From positions 1 to 42,730 of the forward strand of contig JBFHWZ010000002.1 of assembly GCA_041599235.1 (NCBI GenBank): DNA of 42,730 nucleotides, read 5' to 3'. Numbering within the stretch: position 1 is the stretch's first letter; each line of letters begins with the position of its first letter. Origin of the DNA: Candidatus Woesearchaeota archaeon. GTDB taxonomy: Archaea; Nanobdellota; Nanobdellia; Woesearchaeales; ARS49. A model generated the notes under the pieces. That model was not told the origin of the DNA, searched no databases, and saw only the letters and a list, made by a program, of their open reading frames with translations. Both the position numbers and the translations under genes were made by a program. Below, piece by piece: positions 22,690 through 31,278 of the stretch.

Positions 22690-23183
22690 ACGAAAACCAC
22701 ATAGCAATGACCATCTTGATTTCAGTTTCTGTTGTAGCAGCCTTAGGCTTAGTATTTCTCTATAGCTCAGAACAAACAGCACAAGTAGTGCTGTATGACT
22801 ATGGTGTGCAATCTATTTATGGCGGTGCAAAACGCCAAGCATACACGCCGCTTGGCCCAGCTCTTGAACAGCAAGAAAGCAGAAGGCTTGGAAGCCACTC
22901 TCAACAATACACGCCTGATGTAGTTTATGCAACAGCATCGCCAGGAGCGCACATTGCAACCTATGGCAAAGAATGGAGCAAGATTCCGGCCTGGGTAAGC
23001 GAAACAGGCTTCTGTGGCGTTTATGCAAATGGCCAGCCCCGAACAGGGCGTATTGATACTGCTGACAGGGCAGAGAAAAAAGATGAAGACTGCCTTCAGC
23101 TGGTTGGATTCGATGGCAGAGCTGTAGCGGGCAGAGTGTGCTGTCTAGATTCAGGACAGAGTAGTTTGCCGGGCAGTATTTGA
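22686..23183 (+). CDS. Pilin-like Cys-motif paralog 4 (165 aa, divergent N-terminus)
   Basis: MNENHIAMTILISVSVVAALGLVFLY, IYGG, FCG...DC...RVCC. ATG 22686 overlaps the paralog 3 stop as ATGA. The ORF-track start at 22662 is rejected. Confidence 0.65.
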   Translation: MNENHIAMTILISVSVVAALGLVFLYSSEQTAQVVLYDYGVQSIYGGAKRQAYTPLGPALEQQESRRLGSHSQQYTPDVVYATASPGAHIATYGKEWSKIPAWVSETGFCGVYANGQPRTGRIDTADRAEKKDEDCLQLVGFDGRAVAGRVCCLDSGQSSLPGSI

Positions 23184-23191
23184 GCAAAAGA

Positions 23192-23199
23192 TTTATATA
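23192..23199 (+). promoter_or_regulatory. TATA box (tttatata) of paralog-array promoter module 3
   Basis: aaaagatttatata, followed by aaacgaggtga at 23230-23239. Confidence 0.6.
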
Positions 23200-23246
23200 G
23201 TACTATTAGTAAAAGCAGTAATTATCTTAAACGAGGTGACCCTATT

Positions 23247-23657
23247 ATGGCAGAAGACAAAGGTATTTCACTAACAATTCTAGGAGTGGTTGCTGTTATA
23301 GCAATTGTCGGTCTTGTGCTCTTGTTCACAGGAGCAGGCACTGGCGGCTATGTAGCGCCAGGCAATAAAGTGTATGGAGGAGCAATCCAAGAAAAGCCAT
23401 ACCCATACTTGCAAGGCAGAAAAGTATCTGGCGTTGCAGGTGACCAGTACTCAGCACAGTACACATCAATACCAAGCATACCACAATCACGAGACCAGTA
23501 CAAAATTCCAAATCCAAGCGGCTGCCCAGCAGGAACTTATGGCTACACATCAACAGAAGTGCAGCTTGGCAGAGTGGATGCAAGCGCCTGCACTCCTAAT
23601 GAGATTGTTGCAGGAACATACTGCTGCACAGATCCACGCAGCGAATACATCAAATGA
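23247..23657 (+). CDS. Pilin-like Cys-motif paralog 5 (136 aa)
   Basis: MAEDKG|ISLTILGVVAVIAIVGLVLLFTGAGTGG, VYGG, GCPAG...AC...TYCC. It has its own TATA (23192) and GAGGTGA SD. Confidence 0.7.
   Translation: MAEDKGISLTILGVVAVIAIVGLVLLFTGAGTGGYVAPGNKVYGGAIQEKPYPYLQGRKVSGVAGDQYSAQYTSIPSIPQSRDQYKIPNPSGCPAGTYGYTSTEVQLGRVDASACTPNEIVAGTYCCTDPRSEYIK
23307..23348 (+). repeat. 42-nt segment, 41/42 identical to 22429-22470
   Basis: gtcggtcttgtgctcttgttcacaggagcaggcactggcggc. Confidence 0.85.
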
Positions 23658-23666
23658 GGTGATTAA

Positions 23667-24110
23667 ATGGCTGAACAAAAAGGACTATCATTAACTATTC
23701 TTGGCATTGTAGCAGTAGTAGCAATCCTCGGATTAGTGTTATTGTTCAAAACAGCAGTAACTGGCGGCTATGCATCTTCGTATGGCGCAAACAAGCTCTA
23801 TGGCGGCGGCATTGCTGTTGCAGGCGGAGCAAATGAGCCATGGACCCCAAGCTGGGTTGATGCAACTCCAATTACGTCTGAAGGAAATGTGGTTACTGTT
23901 GGTGGCCATGATGAAACCCGCGGCATAACAACTGCACGAAGCAACATCAAATCAGCTACCTGGAGACAAGCAGCAGACTTGACCCAGCCATGCGGTGCAA
24001 GCGGCAAAATTGAAGTTCCTTACAATCGCATCGGAGCATATGCCAACTGTGCTGGTCCTAATGCAAATGACCAGTACTGCTGCGATCCAATTGCGCAGCG
24101 AAACGTATAA
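23667..24110 (+). CDS. Pilin-like Cys-motif paralog 6 (147 aa)
   Basis: MAEQKG|LSLTILGIVAVVAILGLVLLFKTAVTGG, LYGG, PCGASG...NC...QYCC. GAGGTGA lies upstream. Confidence 0.7.
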   Translation: MAEQKGLSLTILGIVAVVAILGLVLLFKTAVTGGYASSYGANKLYGGGIAVAGGANEPWTPSWVDATPITSEGNVVTVGGHDETRGITTARSNIKSATWRQAADLTQPCGASGKIEVPYNRIGAYANCAGPNANDQYCCDPIAQRNV

Positions 24111-24131
24111 TTTTTTTATTTCCTCTTTTTT
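24111..24131 (+). terminator. Oligo-T tract after paralog 6
   Basis: tttttttatttcctctttttt. It may also hold a TATA-like tataattt for a leaderless paralog 7. Confidence 0.4.
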
Positions 24132-24479
24132 ATGGCAAAACACAATGAATTTATTATTCTAGGAATTGTTGCAGTTATTGCTGTTCTTGCCCTTGTTCTC
24201 TTGTACAAAATGCCTCAAACAGGCTATGGCATATATTCTGGCGGTGCAGAACCTGGCAGAGCAGCAGGTGTGCTGGTGCAAGAACGCTTAGTGGTTCCGC
24301 CAAGCACTCAAGGTGTTCCTGTATCTTATCAGCTGCGCAAAGGGGCTTTGCCTGAATTTGCTTCTGAACCATGCCCGCCTGGCTATAAACTGAGTGAATA
24401 TGCGACATTTGGTTGCCGCGAGCCAGCAGCTGCTGACTACTATGTTGGCGTTATGTGCTGCCCGTTCAGCAGTAAATAA
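24132..24479 (+). CDS. Pilin-like Cys-motif paralog 7 (115 aa, divergent leader)
   Basis: MAKHNEFIILGIVAVIAVLALVLLYK, IYSGG, PCPPG...GC...VMCC. Confidence 0.65.
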   Translation: MAKHNEFIILGIVAVIAVLALVLLYKMPQTGYGIYSGGAEPGRAAGVLVQERLVVPPSTQGVPVSYQLRKGALPEFASEPCPPGYKLSEYATFGCREPAAADYYVGVMCCPFSSK

Positions 24480-24533
24480 ACTCTTTAAGAGTAGTGTCAA
24501 ACCTTTTTATAGGCATAACCTCCTGATTGCACT

Positions 24534-26321
24534 ATGGAACCAAAAGCAGAGGTGTGTTTTGAGATCTCCTGGGAAGTCTGCAATAAGGTCGGTGGCATCT
24601 ATACTGTTGTGAAATCCAAAGCAAACCGCATGCTTGAACAGTACAAAGAAAACTACTTTCTTGTTGGACCGTATTTTCCCCAAAAAGCATTTGGCATATT
24701 TGAAGAAACCATGCCGCCAGAGCACTGCAAGCCCTGCTTTGAGAAACTTAAACAAGAAGGCATTGAAGTGCATACCGGCAAATGGCTGATCAAAGGCGAG
24801 CCTAATGTGCTGCTCATTGATTTTACAAACTTTAATAAAAACACCAACGGCATCAAAAAAGCGCTGTGGGACACATATCAAGTTGATTCGTTAGGAACAG
24901 ACTATTATGACTTTGATGAGCCAGTTGTGTGGGCCTGGGCAGTTGGCAAAGTAATCGAAGAGCTTTCTGCAGTGTATGAAGGGAAAAAAATAGTTGCGCA
25001 TGCTCACGAATGGATGTCAGGAGCAGCACTGCTGTACTTGCGCTCAAAAAATGCGCCTGTTGGAACAGTATTCACCACCCATGCGACCATGCTGGGCAGA
25101 ACCCTTGCCAGCCAAAATGTAGATATCTATGGAACAACAATAGAAAATCCTGCTGAGGAAGCCAAAAAGCACGGTCCAGGCGTTAATGCCAAGTACCTTA
25201 TGGAAAAAACCTGTGCTAAACAAGCGCATGTGTTCACTACTGTCAGCGAGATAACAGGCATTGAAGCAGAAAAACTGCTGGGCGTCAAGCCGCAAGTATT
25301 GCTCTTTAATGGCTTAGATATTGAGAAATTCCCCAGCTTTGAAGAAGCAAGCACCCGACACCGCTTGTTCAAGAACAGAATCCAGGAATTTCTCATGTAT
25401 TATTTTTTCCCCTACTATCATTTTGACATAAAAAATACGCTCATCTATTTTATTGCCGGCAGATATGAATTCCGCGACAAAGGCGTTGATGTTTTTATCA
25501 AAGCGCTTGGCAGGCTTAATGAGATTCTTGTGAAAGAAAACTGCGAGACCACTATTGTTGCATTTTTCTGGATTCCTGGCAATGTGCGCGCCATCAGGCC
25601 AGAACTGCTTGAAAGCAAAACCTATTTTACTGACCTCAAAGACTCCCTTGCTGACGTTCGTGATTCTGTGCTGAATGAATTGCTCTACTTACTGGCAAGC
25701 GGCAATGAGATTACCAAAGAATCATTGTTAGATAAAGAGTTTCTTGCTGAAGTACGCCCAAAATTATTGCGGCTTAAGCGCAAAGGCAATCCGCCCTTAA
25801 GCACGCACGTGCTGCATGATGAAACCAATGATCAAATAGTGCAAGCATTGCGCGCAGTTGGCCTCGACAACGGGCCAGAAGACAAAGTGAAAGCAGTGTT
25901 TTATCCTATTTACCTGACTGGTGCTGATGGCTTGCTTGATACCAGTTATTATGAAAGCATGAGCGGTTCGCACCTTGGCGTTTTCCCGAGCTATTATGAG
26001 CCTTGGGGCTACACGCCTTTAGAAGCAGCAGCGCTTGGCGTGAGCTCAGTAACTACCGATCTTGCTGGATTTGGCAGGTATTTGTGCACTGAATGTGACC
26101 AAGGAAAATATCCTGGTGTTTTTGTCCTGGAACGCTTTGGCAAATCAGAAGATGAAATACTGCAGCAGCTTACTGAATTTCTGAGCAGGTTTGCGCACTT
26201 TTCTAAAAAAGAACGCGTAGAAAACAAAATCCAGGCGTATAAAACTGCTGCAGCTGCAGACTGGAAAAACTTTGTTGAACGCTATGTTAAAGCTCATAAC
26301 CTTGCTGTTCAGAACCAGTAA
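24534..26321 (+). CDS. Glycogen synthase, eukaryote-like GT3 family
   Basis: The N-terminus CFEISWEVCNKVGGIYTVVKSKA....YKENYFLVGPY matches the GT3 glycogen(starch) synthase signature (FEVAWEVANKVGGIYTV). 595 aa. Confidence 0.8.
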   Translation: MEPKAEVCFEISWEVCNKVGGIYTVVKSKANRMLEQYKENYFLVGPYFPQKAFGIFEETMPPEHCKPCFEKLKQEGIEVHTGKWLIKGEPNVLLIDFTNFNKNTNGIKKALWDTYQVDSLGTDYYDFDEPVVWAWAVGKVIEELSAVYEGKKIVAHAHEWMSGAALLYLRSKNAPVGTVFTTHATMLGRTLASQNVDIYGTTIENPAEEAKKHGPGVNAKYLMEKTCAKQAHVFTTVSEITGIEAEKLLGVKPQVLLFNGLDIEKFPSFEEASTRHRLFKNRIQEFLMYYFFPYYHFDIKNTLIYFIAGRYEFRDKGVDVFIKALGRLNEILVKENCETTIVAFFWIPGNVRAIRPELLESKTYFTDLKDSLADVRDSVLNELLYLLASGNEITKESLLDKEFLAEVRPKLLRLKRKGNPPLSTHVLHDETNDQIVQALRAVGLDNGPEDKVKAVFYPIYLTGADGLLDTSYYESMSGSHLGVFPSYYEPWGYTPLEAAALGVSSVTTDLAGFGRYLCTECDQGKYPGVFVLERFGKSEDEILQQLTEFLSRFAHFSKKERVENKIQAYKTAAAADWKNFVERYVKAHNLAVQNQ

Positions 26322-26792
26322 TCATTCTATCAGAATGATAGCATAAGGCGGCACAGCACTTTCCTTGGGCAGTGGCTCATTTTTCTTGAACCGCCGCACA
26401 GTTGCCACAATATCAATACCCATCAAATTCAAAGACGGCCTTCTGCGCAATTCAGGATTTAAGTCAATGCTGCTGCAGAAATCGCACGGCCCATTGATGA
26501 GCGCCAATGCCTTGTAAAAACCATGAGCCTGTAATTCTTTTTCCATCAGCAGCAGAGCCTCTTTGAACTGCTCAGATTTTTTGCCAATAACCAGCAGTGC
26601 GCGCTTATACTCCTGCAGAATAGTTCTTGTTCGTAAGGGATTTACTACGTGCGTGCAGCCATCAGTGTTATCATATGCATATCTCAGACCGACCCATTCC
26701 TTGACTTCGATTTTAGAGGTATAGATGGGAAGCGCTTCATCAACCCCAAAATCTTTGCCGACCCGCAAGGCAATACGCAACTCTTTACTCAT
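26322..26792 (-). CDS. Hypothetical Cys-containing protein (possibly DUF2284-like metal-binding)
   Basis: A TATA box lies 23 nt upstream of ATG 26792 (leaderless). The segment GPCDFC...RRRPSLNLMGIDI is reminiscent of DUF2284, but this assignment is tentative. Confidence 0.45.
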   Translation of the reverse strand: MSKELRIALRVGKDFGVDEALPIYTSKIEVKEWVGLRYAYDNTDGCTHVVNPLRTRTILQEYKRALLVIGKKSEQFKEALLLMEKELQAHGFYKALALINGPCDFCSSIDLNPELRRRPSLNLMGIDIVATVRRFKKNEPLPKESAVPPYAIILIE

Positions 26793-26814
26793 GGAGAATA
26801 GAGAGCGCACTATC

Positions 26815-26822
26815 TATATAAG
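26815..26822 (-). promoter_or_regulatory. TATA box (cttatata), 23 nt upstream of ATG 26792
   Basis: Minus-strand read. It lies immediately downstream of the gpmI stop. Confidence 0.5.
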
Positions 26823-26823
26823 T

Positions 26824-28314
26824 TTAACGAATCAAGCTCTTGCTCATGACTGCAGGTTTTTTTATGCCCAGCAATTGCAGAATAGTGGGCGCAATGTTGT
26901 ACAATGCACCAGACCTGAGCTTGAGCTTTTGTTCATTTATAACAATGCAGGGAACCTTGTTGGTTGTGTGCGCTGTGCAGACACTGCCATCAGGATACAG
27001 CATTTGCTCAGCATTGCCATGATCAGCAGTAATCACAACAGCATAACCCTGCTTCTGAGCATACGCGGCGAGCTCTTTCAAGCAGCGGTCAACAACCTGC
27101 GCAGCAGTCACAGTCTTGCGAAGTCTGCCAGTATGACCGACCATGTCAAGATTAGCATAATTGATGAGCACAAACGCATAGGTGCCTTTTTGCAATGCTT
27201 TTTTAGCTGCACGGGTGATCTGCACTGCTTTCATTGCTGGCTGTTGGTCATAGGTCTTGATGTTAGGGCTGGGAATAAGCAAGCGGTCTTCATTGTTGAA
27301 TATTCTGCCGCTTAAGCCATTGAAAAAATACGTGACATGCGCCCATTTTTCTGTTTCAGCAAGCCTGAACTGTTTAAGCTTGTTTTTTGCAAGAACCTCC
27401 CCGAGCGTATCCTTGATACGCACTGGCGGATAGGCAACAGGAGCCTTAATAGCAGGATCATATTGGGTCAGGCAGGCAAAATACAAGTTAATAATCTTTT
27501 TACGCTTGAACTTATTGAAACGGCCTTGGACAAACGCCCTGGTGAGCTCACGTGCGCGGTCACTGCGGAAATTAAAAAAAACAACAGCATCGCCAGGCTT
27601 CACCGTACCTGCGCTGCCAATAACACTTGGAATAATAAACTCATCTGTTTCGCCGCGCGTATATGCTTCCTGCACAGCGTCGCGCCATGAAGCATGCTGG
27701 CGTCCTTTTGCGTGCACCATAGCAGCATATGCCTTATGCTCGCGATTCCAGCGGTTGTCTCGGTCCATAGCATAATAGCGTCCCATGACTGTTGCGATCT
27801 TCCACTGCTTATTGTACTTTGCAAGTTCGCGTTCAACCTGCTGCAGGTATTTTGCAGTGCTTTTTGGCGGTGTGTCGCGTCCGTCAGTAATAGCATGCAC
27901 ATACACTTGTTGCACTTTGCAGCGATGCGCCATCTTGATCAAAGCAAACAAGTGGCCAAGGTGGGAGTGCACGCCAGCATCGCTTACCAAGCCAAGCAAA
28001 TGCACAGTGCCTCGCTTCATGGCTTTAACCAGTACTTTGTTTCTAAAGAACTTCTTTGCTTTGATATCGTCAAAAATGCGGACCAGGTCTTGTTTTACCA
28101 GCCTGCCAGCACCTAAATGCAAATGGCCTACTTCTGAATTGCCAATATAGCCAGGCAAAAGCCCAACAGCTTTTCCTGCAGCCTGCAATTGCGTGTGAGG
28201 ATATTTTTTGAGCAAAGAATCCATAAACGGCGTACGCGCCTGCTTCAGCGCATTGCCCTTGCCTGCTCGTGCTAAGCCACACCCATCAAGAACAACCAAA
28301 ACTGCTTTTTTCAT
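26824..28314 (-). CDS. gpmI: 2,3-bisphosphoglycerate-independent phosphoglycerate mutase, bacterial GpmI type
   Basis: VLVVLDGCG...GNA...A.TP.MD.L...........GLLPGYIGNSEVGHLHLGAGRLV. 496 aa. Confidence 0.9.
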   Translation of the reverse strand: MKKAVLVVLDGCGLARAGKGNALKQARTPFMDSLLKKYPHTQLQAAGKAVGLLPGYIGNSEVGHLHLGAGRLVKQDLVRIFDDIKAKKFFRNKVLVKAMKRGTVHLLGLVSDAGVHSHLGHLFALIKMAHRCKVQQVYVHAITDGRDTPPKSTAKYLQQVERELAKYNKQWKIATVMGRYYAMDRDNRWNREHKAYAAMVHAKGRQHASWRDAVQEAYTRGETDEFIIPSVIGSAGTVKPGDAVVFFNFRSDRARELTRAFVQGRFNKFKRKKIINLYFACLTQYDPAIKAPVAYPPVRIKDTLGEVLAKNKLKQFRLAETEKWAHVTYFFNGLSGRIFNNEDRLLIPSPNIKTYDQQPAMKAVQITRAAKKALQKGTYAFVLINYANLDMVGHTGRLRKTVTAAQVVDRCLKELAAYAQKQGYAVVITADHGNAEQMLYPDGSVCTAHTTNKVPCIVINEQKLKLRSGALYNIAPTILQLLGIKKPAVMSKSLIR

Positions 28315-29195
28315 CGTAATGCCTGCGCAATCAGCCCTGACACATCTATTTTGGAGACAGGATTAGTGATGGTATTTGTTGAAAGGACAGTAGCACCCAC
28401 GTTCTTGAGTTTCTGCAGTGCACCTTCAGCAAACAAGCCGTGTACACAGATGCAATAAATCTTCTTTGCGCCCATTTTCTTTATTTGCTTGATAGGCTCA
28501 ATCATGGTGTGGCCTGTGCTGATAATATCATCAACCAAAACCACCTTCTTGCCTTTGAAATCAATACCTTTTTTCACAATAATGCGCACTTTTCGCGCAG
28601 TGTACCTTTTTTTCTTAAGGACGGTGGCATGTACTTTTATGTGCTGTGCAATATTTTCAGCCCACTGATAGCTTTCACTATCAGGACCAACAATAGCAGC
28701 ATTTTTGATGTTCTTGCCAATGTACTCTGCAATGACTGCATTTGCTGTCAGCTTGGTTGTTTTAGTCTTAAAGACTTCGCGCATGCTTTTGACGCGATGC
28801 AAATGAGGATCAATGGTGATGACGCGGTCTGCTATGCCCAATAACTTAGCCATGATGGTGTTTGACTTACACTCGCCTGGATGGAAACGCTTGTCTTGAC
28901 GCATATACGCAAGGTAGGGCGCTACAATCGTGACTGACTGCGCGCCCAGCTCTTTAGCAGTGTGCGCAGCAAATACCAATTCAACCAAACTTTCATTAGG
29001 GTGGGGGTGCATGGTGTTAACGAGAATAATATCTTTTTTCTTGACTGTTGTCTTGAAGCGCAGGTATGATTCGCCATCAGGAAAATGCGTGCTGAACAGC
29101 TCGCTATATGGCGCTTTAAGTTTACGGGCTATTTTCTTTGCCAGTTCTTTGCTGTTTGTTCCGCCAATGATAAGCTTAGCCAAAGGTGCCTCCAT
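28311..29195 (-). CDS. prs: Ribose-phosphate pyrophosphokinase
   Basis: LIIGGTNSKELAKKIA..., VVLVDDIISTGHTM (PRPP-binding loop). Start at 29195 (MEAPLAK), or 29222 in the longer ORF. The gene overlaps the eno 3' end. Confidence 0.85.
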   Translation of the reverse strand: MEAPLAKLIIGGTNSKELAKKIARKLKAPYSELFSTHFPDGESYLRFKTTVKKKDIILVNTMHPHPNESLVELVFAAHTAKELGAQSVTIVAPYLAYMRQDKRFHPGECKSNTIMAKLLGIADRVITIDPHLHRVKSMREVFKTKTTKLTANAVIAEYIGKNIKNAAIVGPDSESYQWAENIAQHIKVHATVLKKKRYTARKVRIIVKKGIDFKGKKVVLVDDIISTGHTMIEPIKQIKKMGAKKIYCICVHGLFAEGALQKLKNVGATVLSTNTITNPVSKIDVSGLIAQALR

Positions 29196-30435
29196 AAGGT
29201 AGTTTTGGATGCGCCTGCTCAATTCGCACCAGTTTGTTGTATTTAACTAACCGCTCGCCCCTGCAGGGCGCGCCTGCTTTTATCTGTCCTGTGCCAAGCC
29301 CGACTGCAAGGTCAGCAATAAAATCATCAGTTGTTTCACCGCTTCGGTGGCTGACCATGATGTTCCAGCGCGCTTTGCGGGCCAGCCTTGCTGCTTCAAG
29401 CGCTTCAGTGATGGTGCCAATCTGATTGATTTTCAGCAGCAAGCACGTACAGGCTTTCAGGTTAACTGCTTTTTTGATGCGTGCAGGATTGGTAACAGTT
29501 AGGTCATCGCCTACAATCTGCACGCCCTTTATTTTTTTAGTGAGCTGGGCAAAATGAGTGAAATCATCTTCTGCAAAAGGATCTTCAAGTGAAATAAGCG
29601 GGTATGCCTGCGCTGCTTCAAGGTACTTTTCAGCCAGCTCTTTTCCTGAATGCGCACTATTCTCCAAATAATAGCGATTATCTTTGAAAAAAGTTGTTGC
29701 TGCAGCATCAATACCGAGCTTTATTTTTTTGTAATAGCCTAATTCCTGAACAGCATCCATGATCTCATCAAACGGCTCTTCAAAACAATGCATGGGGGGC
29801 GCAAAGCCGCCTTCATCACCAACATTAGTTGCAGCTTTACCGTGCCGTTCCTCGATGACTTTTTTCAGGTCATGATACACTTCACTGCCAATCTGCAGTG
29901 CTTCAGCAAAACTTTTTGCGCCTGTAGGCAAGAGCATGTATTCTTGGATATCCAGATTATTGCCTGCATGCTTGCCGCCATTGATAATGTTAAAGGCAGG
30001 TACTGGCATGCGCTGTTTAGTGATGCCTGCCATGTCTGCAATGTATTGATGCAAGCCGCTACCCTGTGCACCAGCACCGGCACGTGCCAAGGCCATGCTC
30101 ACTGCAAGAATAGCATTTGCGCCAAGCTTTTTTTTGTTCTGTGTGCCGTCCAGCGCTATCATGAGCCTGTCCAGCACTGCCTGCTGCGCAGGATTTTTCC
30201 CAGCAAGCTTTTTTGCAAGAATGGTGTTGATATTCTTAACTGCTTTTAGCACACCTTTACCCATAAAGGCACTGCCGCCATCGCGCAATTCAAGCGCTTC
30301 ATGCACGCCGGTGCTTGCACCGCTTGGCACACTTGCTGTGAATATGCCATCAGTTGTTTTCAGAGCACACTCAACTGTAGGATTGCCTCTGCTGTCAAGA
30401 ATCTGGCGCGCTTTAACTGCAGTTATCTTTGACAT
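29176..30435 (-). CDS. eno: Enolase
   Basis: KARQILDSRGNPTVE...SGASTGVHEALELRDG...SHRSGETTD are canonical enolase motifs. Confidence 0.95.
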   Translation of the reverse strand: MSKITAVKARQILDSRGNPTVECALKTTDGIFTASVPSGASTGVHEALELRDGGSAFMGKGVLKAVKNINTILAKKLAGKNPAQQAVLDRLMIALDGTQNKKKLGANAILAVSMALARAGAGAQGSGLHQYIADMAGITKQRMPVPAFNIINGGKHAGNNLDIQEYMLLPTGAKSFAEALQIGSEVYHDLKKVIEERHGKAATNVGDEGGFAPPMHCFEEPFDEIMDAVQELGYYKKIKLGIDAAATTFFKDNRYYLENSAHSGKELAEKYLEAAQAYPLISLEDPFAEDDFTHFAQLTKKIKGVQIVGDDLTVTNPARIKKAVNLKACTCLLLKINQIGTITEALEAARLARKARWNIMVSHRSGETTDDFIADLAVGLGTGQIKAGAPCRGERLVKYNKLVRIEQAHPKLPYGGTFG

Positions 30436-30471
30436 TCGACCTCTTTTTCAAGCAGAATGAACTAAAAATGG

Positions 30472-30480
30472 TATTTAAAG
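30472..30480 (-). promoter_or_regulatory. TATA-like box (ctttaaata) upstream of eno
   Basis: Minus-strand read, 37 nt upstream of ATG 30435. Confidence 0.4.
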
Positions 30481-30498
30481 GTTTGCTTATCCACGAGC

Positions 30499-31278
30499 TT
30501 ATCCGATGTAATTTGTTTCCCGTTTTTTCCTGAGCTTCGGCAGTTTTCCCACGCCTTTGTCTTTCATAGTCTCAATTTCTGATTCAAGCTCTTGCAATTC
30601 TTTGTCAAGCGCAGCTATGTTCAGCTTAAGCTTGAGCTTTTTATCCAACACGTGGATAATCTCTCGTGCGCCGCCCACACCAATATACATCGGATGCGCA
30701 TAGGTTTCAGCCAGCAGGGTTATAGCAGGTATGTTGTATTTGCTTGCGCCGCCCAGCAGTACGCCTGAGACGCCAACAATAGGGCCAACCACACCGTACA
30801 AGTTTGCATCAACCTGTGTGCCGCTGACATAGTCCTTGATCATGCGCTTGTTGTTGCCTGTGCAAAAAACACGCGGCTTTTTAGGTGCGGCGCGCAAGGC
30901 AACACCTCCCAAGGTAATGACTTTAGCAACCTGCAGCTTTTTTGCCAATTCCAGCACTACGTGCGAGAATTCGTAACAGGACACTTCGTCTAAGGGCTGG
31001 ATGTCACCAGCTAAAAAAAGCAAATCATGCGGCTTATTTCTGAACTTTTTATAATAGACTTCGATAGTCGGCAGCTCAATTAGATTCTCTTCATTCACAA
31101 AAACTGAATTAGGAAAGCTCGGCGAGACCAGTTCAAGAAGCTTCTTTGCACCAAGTTCATCAATAATAAAATCCAAGGCAACCTTGCCCACATTGCCGAT
31201 ACCGGGCAGACCCTCAATTAACACCGGCTTGTTCAGCGTGGGAAGCTTTTCAGCATACTCGATTTTCCAGGTGCTCAT
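30499..31278 (-). CDS. PAC2-family proteasome assembly chaperone-like protein
   Basis: PVLIEGLPGIGNVGKVALDFII is typical of archaeal PAC2/COG1938 proteins. Its position after eIF2a and nop10 is conserved. Confidence 0.7.
   Translation of the reverse strand: MSTWKIEYAEKLPTLNKPVLIEGLPGIGNVGKVALDFIIDELGAKKLLELVSPSFPNSVFVNEENLIELPTIEVYYKKFRNKPHDLLFLAGDIQPLDEVSCYEFSHVVLELAKKLQVAKVITLGGVALRAAPKKPRVFCTGNNKRMIKDYVSGTQVDANLYGVVGPIVGVSGVLLGGASKYNIPAITLLAETYAHPMYIGVGGAREIIHVLDKKLKLKLNIAALDKELQELESEIETMKDKGVGKLPKLRKKRETNYIG

Noticed and set aside
21370-24479. Diversity-generating retroelement targeting the variable paralogs
   Set aside because: There is no reverse transcriptase gene in the window. No template/variable repeat pair with adenine-specific mismatches is present. 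The shared DNA is the conserved 5' module, not the variable 3' part.
26725-27315. 196-aa plus-strand ORF
   Set aside because: It is antisense to gpmI, which has strong family motifs.
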